64,000 nucleotides of DNA, from the NCBI GenBank assembly GCA_030704615.1, contig CM060731.1, positions 77,066,001 through 77,130,000 of the forward strand, read 5' to 3'. The position numbers were made by a program, and so were the translations under genes. Each line of letters opens with the position of its first letter. Position 1 is the stretch's first letter. Below are positions 38,367-52,200 of the stretch, in pieces. The notes beneath the pieces were generated by a model. That model was given only the letters and a program-made list of their open reading frames with translations, was not told the DNA's origin and made no database searches. The stretch is from Takakia lepidozioides (Eukaryota; Plantae; Bryophyta).

Positions 38367-40830
38367 TCAGCACAACCCCACAGCTCTTTTTTGACAACAA
38401 GCCTCATCCTATATTCTTACAGATTTCAGTACATACTGAATCCTCTTGTCTTTCGATGATTCAGTTAGCTACTATCACTGTACCAATTTCTGGTTGTTAA
38501 CGGTAGAATTAAGATTGTATTTGGGGGTTTTATTTGTCACACACTGTTGTTGTGTCGACCATTAAAAATGTGTGTACGCATATGCGGTGCCGGCTTTAAT
38601 TGGATGACGATAGCATTTGGCATGTAAAAGTATATATGTATATATACACCCAGCATTTGTTTGGGAAAATTTTGAAGGTCAAGCAAATAGCGACGGTGGG
38701 AGCGACCAATAGGGATGTATATATAACGACTCACACATAGTAAGGTGAAGTGGCTCTTAGTTATGGCCGGAGTCTTCTGTCTATATATGTAGTAACTCAC
38801 AAATCCTTTCAGCGAGCGGAAAATGTAACCACTTTGAAAGTAAACCGCGCCGACACAAACATTGGCGTGGAATTTAATACCGATACCTATAGCAGACACT
38901 CTACTTGGTGGTGCCTATTTGGATAGAGTTGTCCCCAGTTGTTTAATAGAGCCTACAGTTTGGGTTCTATCCAATGACAGGGCTGTCGGAGAGAAAGTAA
39001 AATTGAAATCATATAAAAATTTGGCACTCATGAGGATATGTTTTTAAATATATTCCTGATCTTTTGAGTTACACAGGTATATGGAATTGAACTTGTGTGG
39101 CATTGTGAGACTGGGAGTCTAAATGTATCAAACATATATTATGGTAATTATGTTACTTAGTTAGTGCATGCAGTGCTATTTTTGAGAAAAGAACAATCTT
39201 GAGACAAAACTTATTTTTCCTAAGTTTCTCCCAGGCAAGTTGTAAATAAGTAAATATAATAGTAAATAAATAAATAAAACCCAAAACTCAATTGTGGGTC
39301 AACAACCGTTACACGCACGTTTATATTGTACATATTTCCGCAAGCCAATGATCCAATAACATGGCACATTGAATTTGTACAATCTAGAATTGTTGGGGGG
39401 TTGTGGATTAAAGAATTCCAAGATAAAAAAAACTTTCTCAATATATGTTCAGTTTATGGGTTTCTACTTTCTACACAAGCATATTCTTGGCTCGTTTCCG
39501 AAAACATATTCGTAGCTTATAGCGACAAAAAAGCCTCAAGTATACTAGGGCTCCGCGTTGCTCCGCACTACCAGTGATGAGATGTCGAACTATAGTAGTT
39601 ATGGATCGAGGATTCGTACATGGAAGTATAGAGGTACCCATATGGGGAAGAGGCTCTTACTTACGCTAGCTTCGGCTCACGTCACACATATATGGTGTCC
39701 AAGAAAAAGCATATGTAGAAGAAGAAGTAGACTCCGGCCAAAGCGGACATAACTAAGAGCCACTTCACCTTTGCGGCTACTGCCCTCTTTAAAACATATA
39801 TATATAGAAAGCCGCAAGTATACATGTATAAATTTACAGTAGTAGCCTGAGAGCAGGGATGTGGTGGTTGTTGGTATATTTTGTGGGGGGAGTGTTGGAG
39901 GTTTTGTGGCCATGCCAGTTTTGGGTCCCACTGTCCCACAGGAGTGAATTATTTTAAGGGAATCCCGGAGTTGGGTACGATAAAAGATGGTGGAAGTGGG
40001 GAGGGAGAAAGGGAAGAAGGCGCAAAGCAGCAGCTGCCAAGCGTTGCACAGTAAATGCAGGGATGATGGTTGACAAAACAAAGGCAGGGTTGTAGGCAGG
40101 GCCACCCTCCCCAGCATTCAATGTGCCCTTCTGTCGTTGCCTTCCCTCATAAGTCATCTGCTCATTCGCACACCACCCACACATGTCAGCAACTCCCTCT
40201 CTCACTCACACACTTGCTCACAAATTTTAGTACAAAATCTATCTGTCTAGGCTGTTTCTCTCTCTCTGTGTGTGTGTGTCTCTCTCTCTCTCGCCCGCTG
40301 CCACAAGGCAACGTCTTATGAGTACATTCTCTCTTGCTCGCTCTGTGGATGTTGGAAAGGACTTCTTCCGGTTGTCACTTCCTCTCTCAAATTGGGTTCT
40401 AGAGTGTGTCTGTGATTCTGTCGGACTAGGTCTGGTGGGTTCTGGTGACAAGTCGTCTGCGTGAGAACTCCGGGTTGTCTTTCTCAAGTTGGGCTCTCCA
40501 GATTTTGTTGTCTTCCACTTTCAAGGGACTTTAAAAGTCTCGATTAGTCTTCCCGGGAGAAGTGAGGATTTGTTTCTGAAGTTGGGTTTCAGATTGTATG
40601 CATGTGGACATCGGACTGCCGAGCTTTATGAACGAGCTGTTTCCAATACTCTGTCTGAGAATTGCTGATTTTTATGCTGTGCACTTGTGCTTACCCGGCA
40701 TTGAACATTTGGTTCTCCAACCAAAAATTGACGCATTTCGTGGCCCACAGAAGAACGGGAGCTCCAAGCTACTTGAAACATCCGTTTTGGAAATCCGAGG
40801 GAAATCCTTGCATCTTGGGATTCTGGTAAC

Positions 40831-41115
40831 ATGAGGAAGGGGACGGTGGGCTACAAAATCATGGTGGCAGCGTTGTTGCTGCTTGCGTTGACTTCTCTCA
40901 CAAACGCAGCACGGCCATTCAGGCCCTCAGTGGATCAGAAGGAGGGAAGAATACCATGGAGCTATCAACCGTCTGCTAAGCGTTCTTTTGATTGTGGGGA
41001 GTTGGGCTCGGCTATGGAAGAATGTTCACCCCCAGCGCAAAGGGAGACGGATCAGAGTGTCTACGGGGTCTCCAAACGATTTGTTCCCACAGGTCCAAAC
41101 CCATTGCACAATTAG
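40831..41115 (+). CDS. CLE: CLAVATA3/ESR-related (CLE) peptide precursor, R-type
   Basis: 94 aa with an N-terminal signal peptide (IMVAALLLLALTSLTNA|ARP), a variable region, and C-terminal SK-RFVPTGPNPLHN-stop, a canonical 12-aa CLE motif. A CT/GT-rich leader lies upstream at about 40180-40300. Confidence 0.95.
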   Translation: MRKGTVGYKIMVAALLLLALTSLTNAARPFRPSVDQKEGRIPWSYQPSAKRSFDCGELGSAMEECSPPAQRETDQSVYGVSKRFVPTGPNPLHN

Positions 41116-44100
41116 AAGGGATGAATTGGCCCCTGAGGTGAAGTCATGCTCCAGACTGGAAAACAGAAGCTGGTTATGGAGTCGGCAACAGACACATTTA
41201 AGCTCAGCTTTTAACTCTCTTGCAAGGCTGCAGCAAACTACTGTGGTTCCTAGGTTGTTTCATAGCAATTGAGTACATGATTTTATCTGTACATATGTTA
41301 TACCACATGTGGAGCTCTTCTTTTGTAGCTCTTCCAAGTATTTACCAAAGTGGTGGAGATGAAAGGCTTCGACATATTGGGGAACTTGGTGGATCCCCGA
41401 AGACGTACGTGGCGGCTTCATGGAAAAGCCGGGGATTGGCGAATGGTCTGTCATGACTTTAGGAGGAGCAGTTTTGAGGATACTATATACATGTCAGACA
41501 GAAACTCTGGTGATAGAGACAAAGGCATAAGCGGCAGATTCACCACCAAAACCTGATAGCTTTCTCGAAAGGGAGCCATGTGATCCAAAAAGTGAAGTGG
41601 GCAACTGCATTTCTGTAAATTACAGCTCTTCCGCATGCCAGAAGGTATGGATGCATCGACATCGCGTAGCATAGGGGGAGACGCAGAGAAAGGTGTACAG
41701 AGGACCTCGGACCAGCGGCTGGTCACAGCCTGAGATTCTCAATTTTGGAGTTTCCTTTTCGGAGTGGTATTGAGTGGGATTTTGTGCAGGGATATCTTCT
41801 TATCGAGAGGGCTCTAATCTCCAAGAGACAGCTGCTCTCAGTTTTCTGCTTGAAGCAAGATGGAGTGAGTTGTCAAAGACAATGGAACTGGGGTTCCCAC
41901 ATGACGGTCTGGTGAGAAGCTCTGAGATCCTGAGCAATCCTCGTACAATCGGGCCGCGTTCCAGGATTGACAACAGTTCAACGACTGAAGGTTTCCTTGG
42001 GAGGATGAGGAAGTGCAACGATAAATGGCACTGGAAAAGCATCTAGAGGTTTTATATTTTGTTTTAGCCTAGTTCTCCCCTATACAGGTCTCTGCGTACA
42101 ATTTTGGAGATAGAATAGTTCTATGGTGGCCAACTGGGGCCAGCCCTTGTTCACCAGACTGCCCGTTCACTCTTAGTTCCATGCAGAAGCTGTGAAGGGT
42201 AGTTATTACACAGAGAGGACACAGAGATGGAAGACTTATGTTAGTAGCTTTGTGTGGCCATGTACCCCATGCCCAATTCAGTCAGGGAAGAGATCAGTGC
42301 AGACATGGTACTCTAAACAGAAAAAGAATAGATACAAATAGAAGGGGGTTTTTGGCCAAGGGGAGTTTAGTTGGGGATTATAGTGAAGTAATGCACCTGA
42401 CAGTAAGGGAGATAGATACCTAGAGCACAGTTTGAGACCATGTCTAAAAGGACATTGATCATTTGACATTCTTATACACGTGGAAAAGCTACTTCTCTTT
42501 TGACGAGAGACTGCATGCTTGTTCCATTCTGAAAAGACTTGTAAAAGGAGTTCATCGTGATAACTTTAGTCTTTTACTACTGAACGCGAACTTTTCTGGC
42601 GTCTTGTATACTGCATGCAATATGTGCAAGCTTGGATTCTGCTTTTTTCACACATGGAGTGCTCAATGGACGTGCTTGGGCTTTGCTGGCGGTTTGCTGG
42701 TAGGGGCGAGGTCATAGAATCCTTGGAAAGGAGTTCACCGCACGTGACATCATTTACTTTCTGAATGCAAACTTCGCCTGGCTTCTTTACTGCATGGGCT
42801 TTGATTGTGCCTTGTCCGCACCTGTAGCATGTCTTCTGGTGCTTGGGATTTATTTGCTGGCAGGATCAAGGCCTATGCTGCTAATTAAAGCTGCAGTCAT
42901 GGAATCCCTATCCCTGTGGTGTTGTGCCTTTTCTACCTCTCCATCTTCCTCCAGAGTACAAGTTGTACATCTTCCAATGCTCAAGGCTTCTCTAACACCG
43001 TGCAGCCTCCTAAAACAAAGTTCAACTAAGAACACTCGCTCTCTGTGCAATCGGTCAATCAATCTGACAAACTGAGTGTCCTAGTTACACAATGTACACC
43101 AGAGTGAGCACTTATATCAAGCTTCAAAGGTCACTGGCTCCAAAACACCAAGAGTTTTATACAGGAGCACAGCTTTCTTCGATTTTCAGTCCACTGTGGG
43201 TAGAGAGTTTAGCGGCTCCAGCGACAGGTTGTCCTTGGAGATCAGACCTTCCCTGGTGGGTGGCTTGCAACATTAAGGTATTTTCTCTTCCCTCCAACGA
43301 GACTAGGATTGAGAGGAAGTTCTACTGTATCTGTTGGTTAGATTTACATGGAAGCTGACAGCGTTGTTGATATTGGCGTGCAAACTGCAGCCCGGCCAAG
43401 ATGCTTTGAACACCAGAATAGTGCCTGCTTTGAACATTGTGCCCAACTTTGTTATTCATTCAGCCGAGTGATTGGGTGTTGAAAAAACTGAGTACAATTT
43501 TCAAGTCTCTGGTGCCCAGGCTTTGAAGTTGATTGTTAACCGTATTTTATGAGCAAATGATGTCACGATTCACATGCTGATCCCACAAATAACCCCCAGC
43601 GAAGTTACGCAAACCATCACGTCAGCTCTAAAAGCCCAGACTAATCACACGAATGCTTCATCACAATTTTGACATGTACATCAAAGCGAGCAGACTCAGG
43701 TGCCAATGACAAGATGAACTAAACGAGAAAAAAGAAAGAAGAAATTTATTACGGAAACAAGAGGTTGGAGGGTAAAGTTTGATCTCGTGAAGTTAGTGCG
43801 TCCCCAGGGACCTCATGTTGAGAGAGACATCTTCATTTGCTCAAAGTTGCCCATAGAGAGCGGTCCCTATGCAGCTTGTTTGACAGTCAAGGACTCAAAT
43901 CTTGGTTGGGTGAACAAGGCACTGTAACCTCCAACATGATGCAGGCATGGAATTGAGTGACCTACCTACTTGGCTTCATCATAATCCCCACCTCAACATG
44001 GCAGAGCCAGATGTTACATGTCTTGCGCAATTGCCGTGAAATATTTCAAATTATTGAATCTTTACAGTTGGTTACAGCTAAATCTCGCAAAACGATGATA

Positions 44101-44608
44101 TTTGGCATGCTAAAGGGTCGGAACACTTGATCAAACAACAGTGAATGTCCGAGCTATTATATCTGGATGTGATGAGCTTAGAACCTGATGTCTCATTTCT
44201 TTTTGGAGACAGCTGGCCAGAGGCCTGTTCATAAGATTATTACCAAGGGAAAATAAGCAGGGAGGCATAAGGCATACACACACCATGAGATAGTAGTGAT
44301 ACTGAACTTGATACTGAACAAAGTCCAATCAATCCAACACAAGGCCTACGAGGTAGACTGATGCGACCAAGGGACAATGATTCAAAGTTCACAGAACGTC
44401 ATCAGAAATCCAGAGCCTTCCAGACTAAACCAGGGGAGGTGGAGAGGCAGCAAGATCATAATCCGTAAAAGAGAGCCAAAGTTAATTGTACGCAAGCCCT
44501 TTCTGGGATTTTTGAGAAAACTTGAGTCATTGTTGCCAGTTGAGGTCTCCACTGTATCAACCAGGGAAAATCAAGAGTACATACTCTATGTACATAACCA
44601 TGGAAACT

Positions 44609-47600
44609 CTACAGCAAAGACGTCCGTCCCCCAGTTTGACCGACGACATAGTCTGAAGTCAGAGTGGCCTCAGTAATTGGCCACACTTTTTTGGATAGAA
44701 CCTGCAGTCCAGGTGATACATGTGCAAATGTTAGTGTCTCAGCGAACCATATTACCTCCCCTTCCTTTTCTATCTGACTAACTGACAGAGAGACCTTTTC
44801 CATAGTTTTCTTGCATTTGCACTAGCTCATGCAAGATCCAATGGGAGAATCCAGTGCTAAGACCTTGCTCTTGGATGTAAGTAAATCTAACTGCAGAGAA
44901 AGGAAATGAAAGAAAATGAAGTTTAACTAGCATGCAGAGATTTACAGACCATACAGCTCTACACAAAGAGAGAGACAGCCACACCCTGAGAGAGCTTACA
45001 TCAATATGAGAAGGGTGTTTGGAGTACACCGCCAAATCCTCCACTGAAACAACCACCCAACAACTTGGGCGTCAAAATATTATGGGAAAGAGGCACACAA
45101 TCAGGGAAACTTCATGACACTGGGGAGAGAGATGTGTCGGTTTGCCTCGATGAAACATGGATAACCTCAATTGTCATGCCAGCTATGAGACCAAGAAGTG
45201 GGAGTGTTTTCAACCAACCGGAAGGGCAGCGTGCGACAAGACCAACAGTATATCGATCTCCCCTCGTACAGAAATTTGCCCCTGGAGAGATCATCAATTT
45301 ACGTAGATTCCAAACAAATTACTATCCAAAGGACTCCACCAATCAATGACGTCAAAGTTCCACTCTTGCACACTGGTTCTACTTCGGTAGTTTATAATCT
45401 AACTCCACCTCTCCCACATTCATGCTAACATAGGCATCACAATTTGCAGGACAATTGAACCTTTTCGGCAGTTCACTCTGGAGATCCCTTGTGAGGTAGC
45501 AGCAGTCTTTAGCTAGGAGGACCCAAAGTGCTTATCAGCTAGCCTGCATGAGGGACTCCATCTCCAAAAAATATTTGGGAATATTGGATACACGTAATGA
45601 ATTCCTGTCTCTTCTCCTTGGGATCCTCTCTTTTCAGAACTTGGTATTATCCTTTTAACGGATGCGGCACCCCTCTAATTAACACATGCTCGATGATGAG
45701 ACTTCATGGTCAAGGCAATTATGATGAACCTTCTAGTTATGATCACAGAGAATGGTCATTAACTGCCTGTCAATCAAAATTTGCTTTCTAGTGATGGAAT
45801 AGCGAGAGATTTTTCAAGAGGTTGTCCTCGGAGTGTCTAGATGCTGTACCATGTCGTGCAGAGTATACTCATTTGAGAAACGCTTAAGCCGGAAGTTAGC
45901 TTGAAAGCCATGGACCTTAACATCAATAGACGCAATAGTGGAAGCCAAGTAAAACAATGTCAGATCTTCAGAACCTACCAGCAGTTAATTGAACCAGTAG
46001 GGAGCTCAACTCAGGCACTTCATTCAAACCATTCAAAGCCTTCACCATTTCGTCAACGGCATCCTGACTGGTCCCCTCCTTCACCTTTATAGCCACTATG
46101 CGCTCCACGCCATTCTCAAAAGCCTGGCATAAGAAGGCCACTGCTAGCTTATATTGGGAGAACACGATGGGAGATGAAGATGCATGATGCACGCCAGAAG
46201 CACTGTATCTTAGAATGTCTGAGCCTTGACGGTTAATTCCTATTACCTCAAGTAGGAGACAAGGAAACTTCTTGATAGCCACTCATTAATAGAATCCTGG
46301 TATTTGTTTTGGCTTGAATCTTCCCATGGATACTCAAAAGCCCCCATACCCAATCTCAGTACGCCAAGCCCTTACCCACAGTTAGGTGGATCCTGCAAAG
46401 TCCACAGACAAGAACCTCAACCAGCATTACATTCCTATTTTCTCATACTCTTCTCCTAAACTGCAAGGTGCCTTTCAAGTTAGAGCAAGCCTGGCCGGAT
46501 TCGAAAGTCTTTGGAAAGATGGAGGCCCCACCTCTCCTTCCCGAAAAACAGAGTCTCTGTCATCAGTCACTTCTGCCTCAAAATCCAGGGTGATCTCGCC
46601 CTGCACAGCAGTGAAACACAATAAAATGAGAGACTCAAGACATAAAGTGCTGTCTCATCTCTAGTTCATCAATGCGGATCTTCAAATGTCAGGCCTAAAT
46701 TTCTCATGCAGAGAAAGGGTGGGGGGGCTGGAGGAAACATTTGTCCCCTTCCGGATACGGCAGTGCAACACAAACTTCTTGACAGACTTGACATGTATAA
46801 GATGTTGAAATCCCGCTCTATACAGAGCTTCAAAGTGGAGGTTTATGTTTTCACTGGGCACGTGAGTGGTTATAGCGTTCCCTTCCTGTAGACACTTGTG
46901 GCATACAAAAGGGTGAAAGAGACCACCCAGAAGTCCAAGGTGCAGGTGGGGGTTTATGTGGTTCTGTTGCAGGGTAAAACATAGAATATAAGCAATCCAG
47001 AGAGCTGTTGATGACCAAGCCAGAACAAACCAAGTAGGAGGCACACCGTCAAGTAAGGAAGCATCAGGTCCACTGTAACTTGCGTCTTGGGACCACTGTC
47101 AAAGTACTCATCGAGCGCCTCTTTTGAGAAAAAACGCATGAAGAGTCCAATGCTAGCACCTTTAGCCAGGTCTGGATTAAGGACATAGCCTGCAGCTCTC
47201 AACCAAGACGAAAATTGAATACACACCAGGATAACCTGTCCCAAAAGTAATTCCACAAAAGGAATGTCCTCCCTTTTCTTTTCCATCCCAGCTCTGTGTG
47301 AGGTTTACAGCATGGAGGATACTTCAAACCAAGCCCACTTGGTACATCACCATATCTGTCTCTTTCATCCTGTCAATGGGGGGTACTACTACTGATACAA
47401 ATACCAAAGTGGAAATGGAGTCAATACCACAGAAACGCATCCCTCAGCCACTTGGTGTCAAGGTCAGATTCATGGCAGTTATATTTTCTACCAATCTTGT
47501 AAATGAGACAGAGTTAACCAAGCATCTTGAGCAACCAAGAGAGTTTATTGCTGCACACTGATGTGGAGAATTCAAACCTATTAGAATATTCTCTGGAAAA

Positions 47601-48010
47601 AGGGTGCACGTTTCTACTCTTGTCAAAACTACCAAGGGTTCGTTGCTCACCAACAGATGCTGCTTTCACCCATTGACTGCACCGCTCTTTCAAACTCCAT
47701 ATCCCTTCCACTATATCCTGCTTTGCTTTCTCTGTCACATCAGGCTTCAGCTGGAACATAACTGCATGCTCCACCACCTTTCTGCCATATCCTTGGGAAC
47801 CCCCCAACAGCCCGCCATAACCAACATCAAGCTTCGTTACAATCAAGCAACCAGCTCTGTCGATTTGATAAAGTTTCATGGCTATTATGATAATGGCTCC
47901 TCAATTCGAAGCAATTGCACTTGAGAAGGTCCAGTTTCATTGTCACGAGAGCCTAGCTGGAAGGAAAAGTGACGCTACCTTGTAGAAACAATCTTGGCGG
48001 CAGATTCCAT
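44609..48010 (-). CDS. Stress-responsive A/B barrel (Dabb) two-domain protein, 8 coding exons, about 239 aa (N-terminus may extend upstream)
   Basis: Exons (-): 48010-47979, 47781-47651, 47189-47047, 46600-46532, 46123-45979, 45281-45219, 45043-45000, 44701-44609. All introns are GT-AG and phases are consistent (720 nt). Motifs: KVVEHAVMFQLK, GLFMRFFSKEALDEY, DFEAEVTDD...FREGE, QLTAGANF, EDLAVYSKHPSH, ending DYVVGQTGGRTSLL*. Confidence 0.85.
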
Positions 48011-49190
48011 AGCGACAACTGCTGCTGCACCATACATGCAAAAAGGTGTGAGGTCAGCAATCCCTCTCAGTTTGTTTTGAAATTTAACTTGAACACTTTT
48101 TGTTTTCCACAAGTTGATATAATTTCCTATACATGTATTCAGATCAGTATAGTATCCACGGAGGCCCAAGGTCCCAACCACCATGGCAAACGACAACGCG
48201 GAAGGTTCCGATGTTCAGCCAATATGTGAGCCGTTGCACTGACTACCCGTGAACGACGGACACTGCTGTCATCAACCGTGCAATGTCCATTCCAAATGCC
48301 CAAGTCTTCCGTGCGATCAATTTACCTTACCTGACAATGGAAAAGGGTACTCCCACCCCAGCATCTCAACAGATGGCTCCCACACATGGAACAAAGGCAT
48401 TACATTACTCAACACACATTCAACAACTCGGAATCAGAGCACAAGAGAGAGAGCTGTTTAGTGGCTCACTACTTACCTCGAACTACGAGCAAAACTGACC
48501 AGATCCAAAGCACTCCCCCTCCCGAGTCCCGAGTCCCCACCACCTCAATTTACACCACCTCAAAACACACGAGCGCGTTTTGTGTACAGCACAGCTTTCA
48601 GCGGGAATCAGGTTGAGCCTCGAGAACTTCACCGCAGTGCGCGTACTTATTTCTGACCAGCTACCATGTCAGGAGTGCGGGTGGAAGACAATTGCCGATC
48701 TCGGCCGCCATAGCCGTCGTCACCTTCTTCTCCCTGACCAGTGACGCACTTGGAACGCTGTGGTCCTGGGATCGAATCTCCATATTCCAAACTGTTTTGT
48801 GGAGTGTACAAATTCCGTTCCATATAAGCTCCTGCCGTAGACAGATTTGCGCCAAGGATCACGTTGGGGCCAAATGGACGGACGGAGTGTGTATGAAAGT
48901 TGAGTATCTCTATCTACTGAATTTCGGGTCAGTGGATGATTACCGTTGTTAACCAATAGGGAAAACATGGTCCCAACAGCGAATGATACGTCAACAGCTG
49001 TCTGATCAGACGTTCCGCCGGAAGGTGCATGTTGTACCTGGCAGTCGGCGATTCGGTATCTTGCGATGGGAACATGGTTGGGTCATGTGGTACGTGGCAA
49101 TCAGTCATAGGTAAATTGTGGCAGAGGAGGTGGCACTAACATTTTCTTTTGCTTTGTGTTTCTTTATGGAAAAATGAATATTTACGCACA

Positions 49191-49261
49191 GCAGGGCTGT
49201 GGCGCGCTGGTAAGCCACTCGTGTATTGGCCTGTGGGTCTGGGGTTCAAACTCGGCCCTGG
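49191..49261 (+). mobile_element. tRNA-like SINE head (family distinct from 29691)
   Basis: CAGGGC...GCCCTG terminal pairing with A-box TGGCGCGCTGG and B-box GGTTCAAACTC; the anticodon arm is not canonical. Confidence 0.45.
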
Positions 49262-52200
49262 ATTTTAGCCCCCTGGCTGCAGTCTCAGGTACAAGGAGTA
49301 TTATATTATGGGAAGGAGAATATAAAGTACAGTATTGACATCAGTGGCTTAGGTGGCGTGTCAGTGTGTGACGGCTGCTCGGATTCCACAGAAAGTAGAT
49401 AGCCGGCATCGGCCGGTGTCTTGTTCTGAATAGTTATGTAAGGACAGTGAGCGCTCTGCAACGAGGAGAGAATATTTTGGTATATCTCCTAATATTCTTT
49501 TAAGATACTAGGGCGAAACGAATTGTGCTCACTAAACTGCTCCAAAACTCTGCTCACTGAGTCCTACAAGCTATCGATTTTTCAAATTCTGGCAAAACTC
49601 TTCAAGTTTCGCCAGCCAAACCTGGTCGGTGTTATTTTGTGTTTTTACTGGTACCCTAGGTTGTTCTCGATTATATTTTGGGTTGTTGAAATTTTTGAAT
49701 TAACTCAAGTGATATGATATGTCTAAAAATCCAGAAATATTACATACTCAGCTTGTCCAAAAATAACAAAAATTTGGTACTCGTGAACTGCTTGATCATT
49801 GCAGAGGGCACGTGCAGCCTCTAAAGATGCGGAGCTCATATCGCAAGCTTGTATCGCAGGTGGCGAAAAATTTCAATCCTAAACTGCCGAAACCCTGGAA
49901 TATAAAATATGAGGTGCCGAATGGACTGAGCCTCCATAAGTAAAACTTTGTATCCTTTGTAGTTGCGCTAATGATCTCTCCTGCGTTTGGGCGGGCGGAC
50001 AGAATTCCCATGTGCTGGCAGGGACGGAGATCCCACATCTTTAGCATCCCTGAGTTTGACAGATCCAAGGTCAATTGGAAGCATATCCTGACCTCTTCAA
50101 TGGCAAGACTTCACTTCCATAGATAGCTTTCCTTCCTCGTGCCTTAGGCCCTGCACTGGGCCCTCTTGTTCTCCTACGGCAATGGTTTTTTGCCTGCTCC
50201 CCTTTGCTAACTAAGCTCCCCCCTCCATCTCTCTCAGGCACCCCTCATGTATTACCCCTCCTTCGATCTACCTTTCCCTTCGAGACTGCTTTCCTTCTTC
50301 TCTGTTCCTTCGCATAGGTAGGGCTACTCATTGTCCACCATACTCAGTATCGATTACTTGCAGATTATTGTTCGCCGATTATCAGGTTGCCTGGTGGGGA
50401 AGCACTTCTCATCGTTAGGGCATGTTGGCCTCGTCTTACTGTATCGGATTCTTGTTGCTTACTGTTTATAAGTTATCCAGCATGGTCCACCGTGAGAACA
50501 AGCCTTATGGCAGCCTTCAGAGCACTTAAGGGTTTTAATTTTTGCCCTTTAAATAATGCAAATAAAGCTCCAAGGGCTTCCTCCCCTTTTCTCCAAAAAA
50601 AAAAAAAAAAAAACAAATCCTTTTTTGTTTGGCCACCTTAGCTAGGGCCAAAATACCAAAGTTTGCTGGAGAAACTCGGGGGATTTTTTTCTTCTATTCC
50701 ATTTCCTGTATAGACAGGTCCAAAATTACCGAGATGATATCGGGGTAGATCGCCAGCAAAATACGAGTCTTTCCTTATTATATAATATTTGTTGGTAGTT
50801 TCTGCTGTATGAGGGTTTTTATTAGTTTTCTTCCACTAATTTTAAACTTCTTATTTTTTGAGGATTATCAAATTTATTATAGGTAGCAATGTACTTATTT
50901 ATATTTAAATTGTAAATATATTTGTATCTGAACCTATTTTCCGTGTACATGTTTGGACCCTATTTCCGTCTTACAATTTCTGTGAAAACATTGGGACCCT
51001 ACTACCATACTTTTGTTCTCACCTCTGCATTTGTCTAAGTGGAACTCCAAACGCTAAGCCTTAGATATTTTCAGATCCAACTCAAAGTGTGCCATAGGGA
51101 AAGTGCGTCACTTGGTGTATATTTAATAGCATTGAGAGAAATTAAATTTGCATAGAAGTGTTATTTTGATGTAGAAGGTTTTTTGTTTATTTTTATTTTT
51201 TTCTCCAAATGCAGTATGGGTTTTTGACAAAGTTGTAGGCCCTCCAATTGTGTCATTGGAATTGCATTATACAAGCCGCCAACTGGTGAGCATGCAGTGA
51301 CATAGAAATGACCGGCAGCTAGTAGTTGGATAAGAGCAATGACTGCCAGGGGTGGTAGTCATTTATGCACATTCCCTCGAGTGGTCTCAGTCCGAGAACC
51401 TTATGCTCAGCATCTCATGGCAAGGTTATTTTCTCCTCTCACTACATGTAAGGGGCCTGATTTGTGAACAGGTGTTTTTCTTTATATTATTATCTACAAA
51501 TGACCGATAGGTGATGGAAGGAATGGCCGAATAGATGACCCACACAAGAAGAAGACAAAGTAGCATAGACAAAGATGGATGGTCCTCACGGTCGGGTGTG
51601 GGTCCAAAATGTTTAACACATATGTGGTAGCATGTTGGATATTTCCTTTTGTAGTTAGAGAGGGTTTGGTTATTGTTGGGCGGTTCTTTGATCTTGGAGC
51701 AAACCCATATTGGTAACAGGTTTCACTGGCGGTTCTCAAAACAAGAAATAACCATAGAAAACATATAACCGTGGAGTACATAATTTGAAAATATTCGGCC
51801 AAAAAGTCAGCTATTTAAGATTTTTCTAGTAACTTAACCTAAACCGGCGTTATATCTAGCCATAAAATATTGTACTAACCGAAACTAGCATCAGGTTCCA
51901 TGGGCACCCCCAAGCACCTCCGTAAATCACCTCGGGATTAATGAGGCGCTATTGGCTTAGATAAAAGACGCCCCCACGGATTCGCCCTTCGGTTAAAGAA
52001 TGCAAAAAGAAACGTCCTTTAACAAGGGGATTCTGATTGACACATATGCATTTCCTAGAGAGAGAAGACAGGCCGAAACCCGCATAACTAAGAGCCACTT
52101 CGCCTCGCATTTCCTATAGCATGCCTACAACTGTACAGAATGCAATTGATTTTCAAAGTAAGTTAGATTAATGTCTACAACTAACCACTTGACATTGGCC

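Noticed and set aside
42775-42800. miR160-like sequence CGCCTGGCTTC...TGCATG
   Set aside because: Too many mismatches or indels, and no star arm was found nearby.
49191-49261. Functional tRNA gene
   Set aside because: It has A/B boxes but no proper anticodon or T stems and no nearby poly-T terminator.
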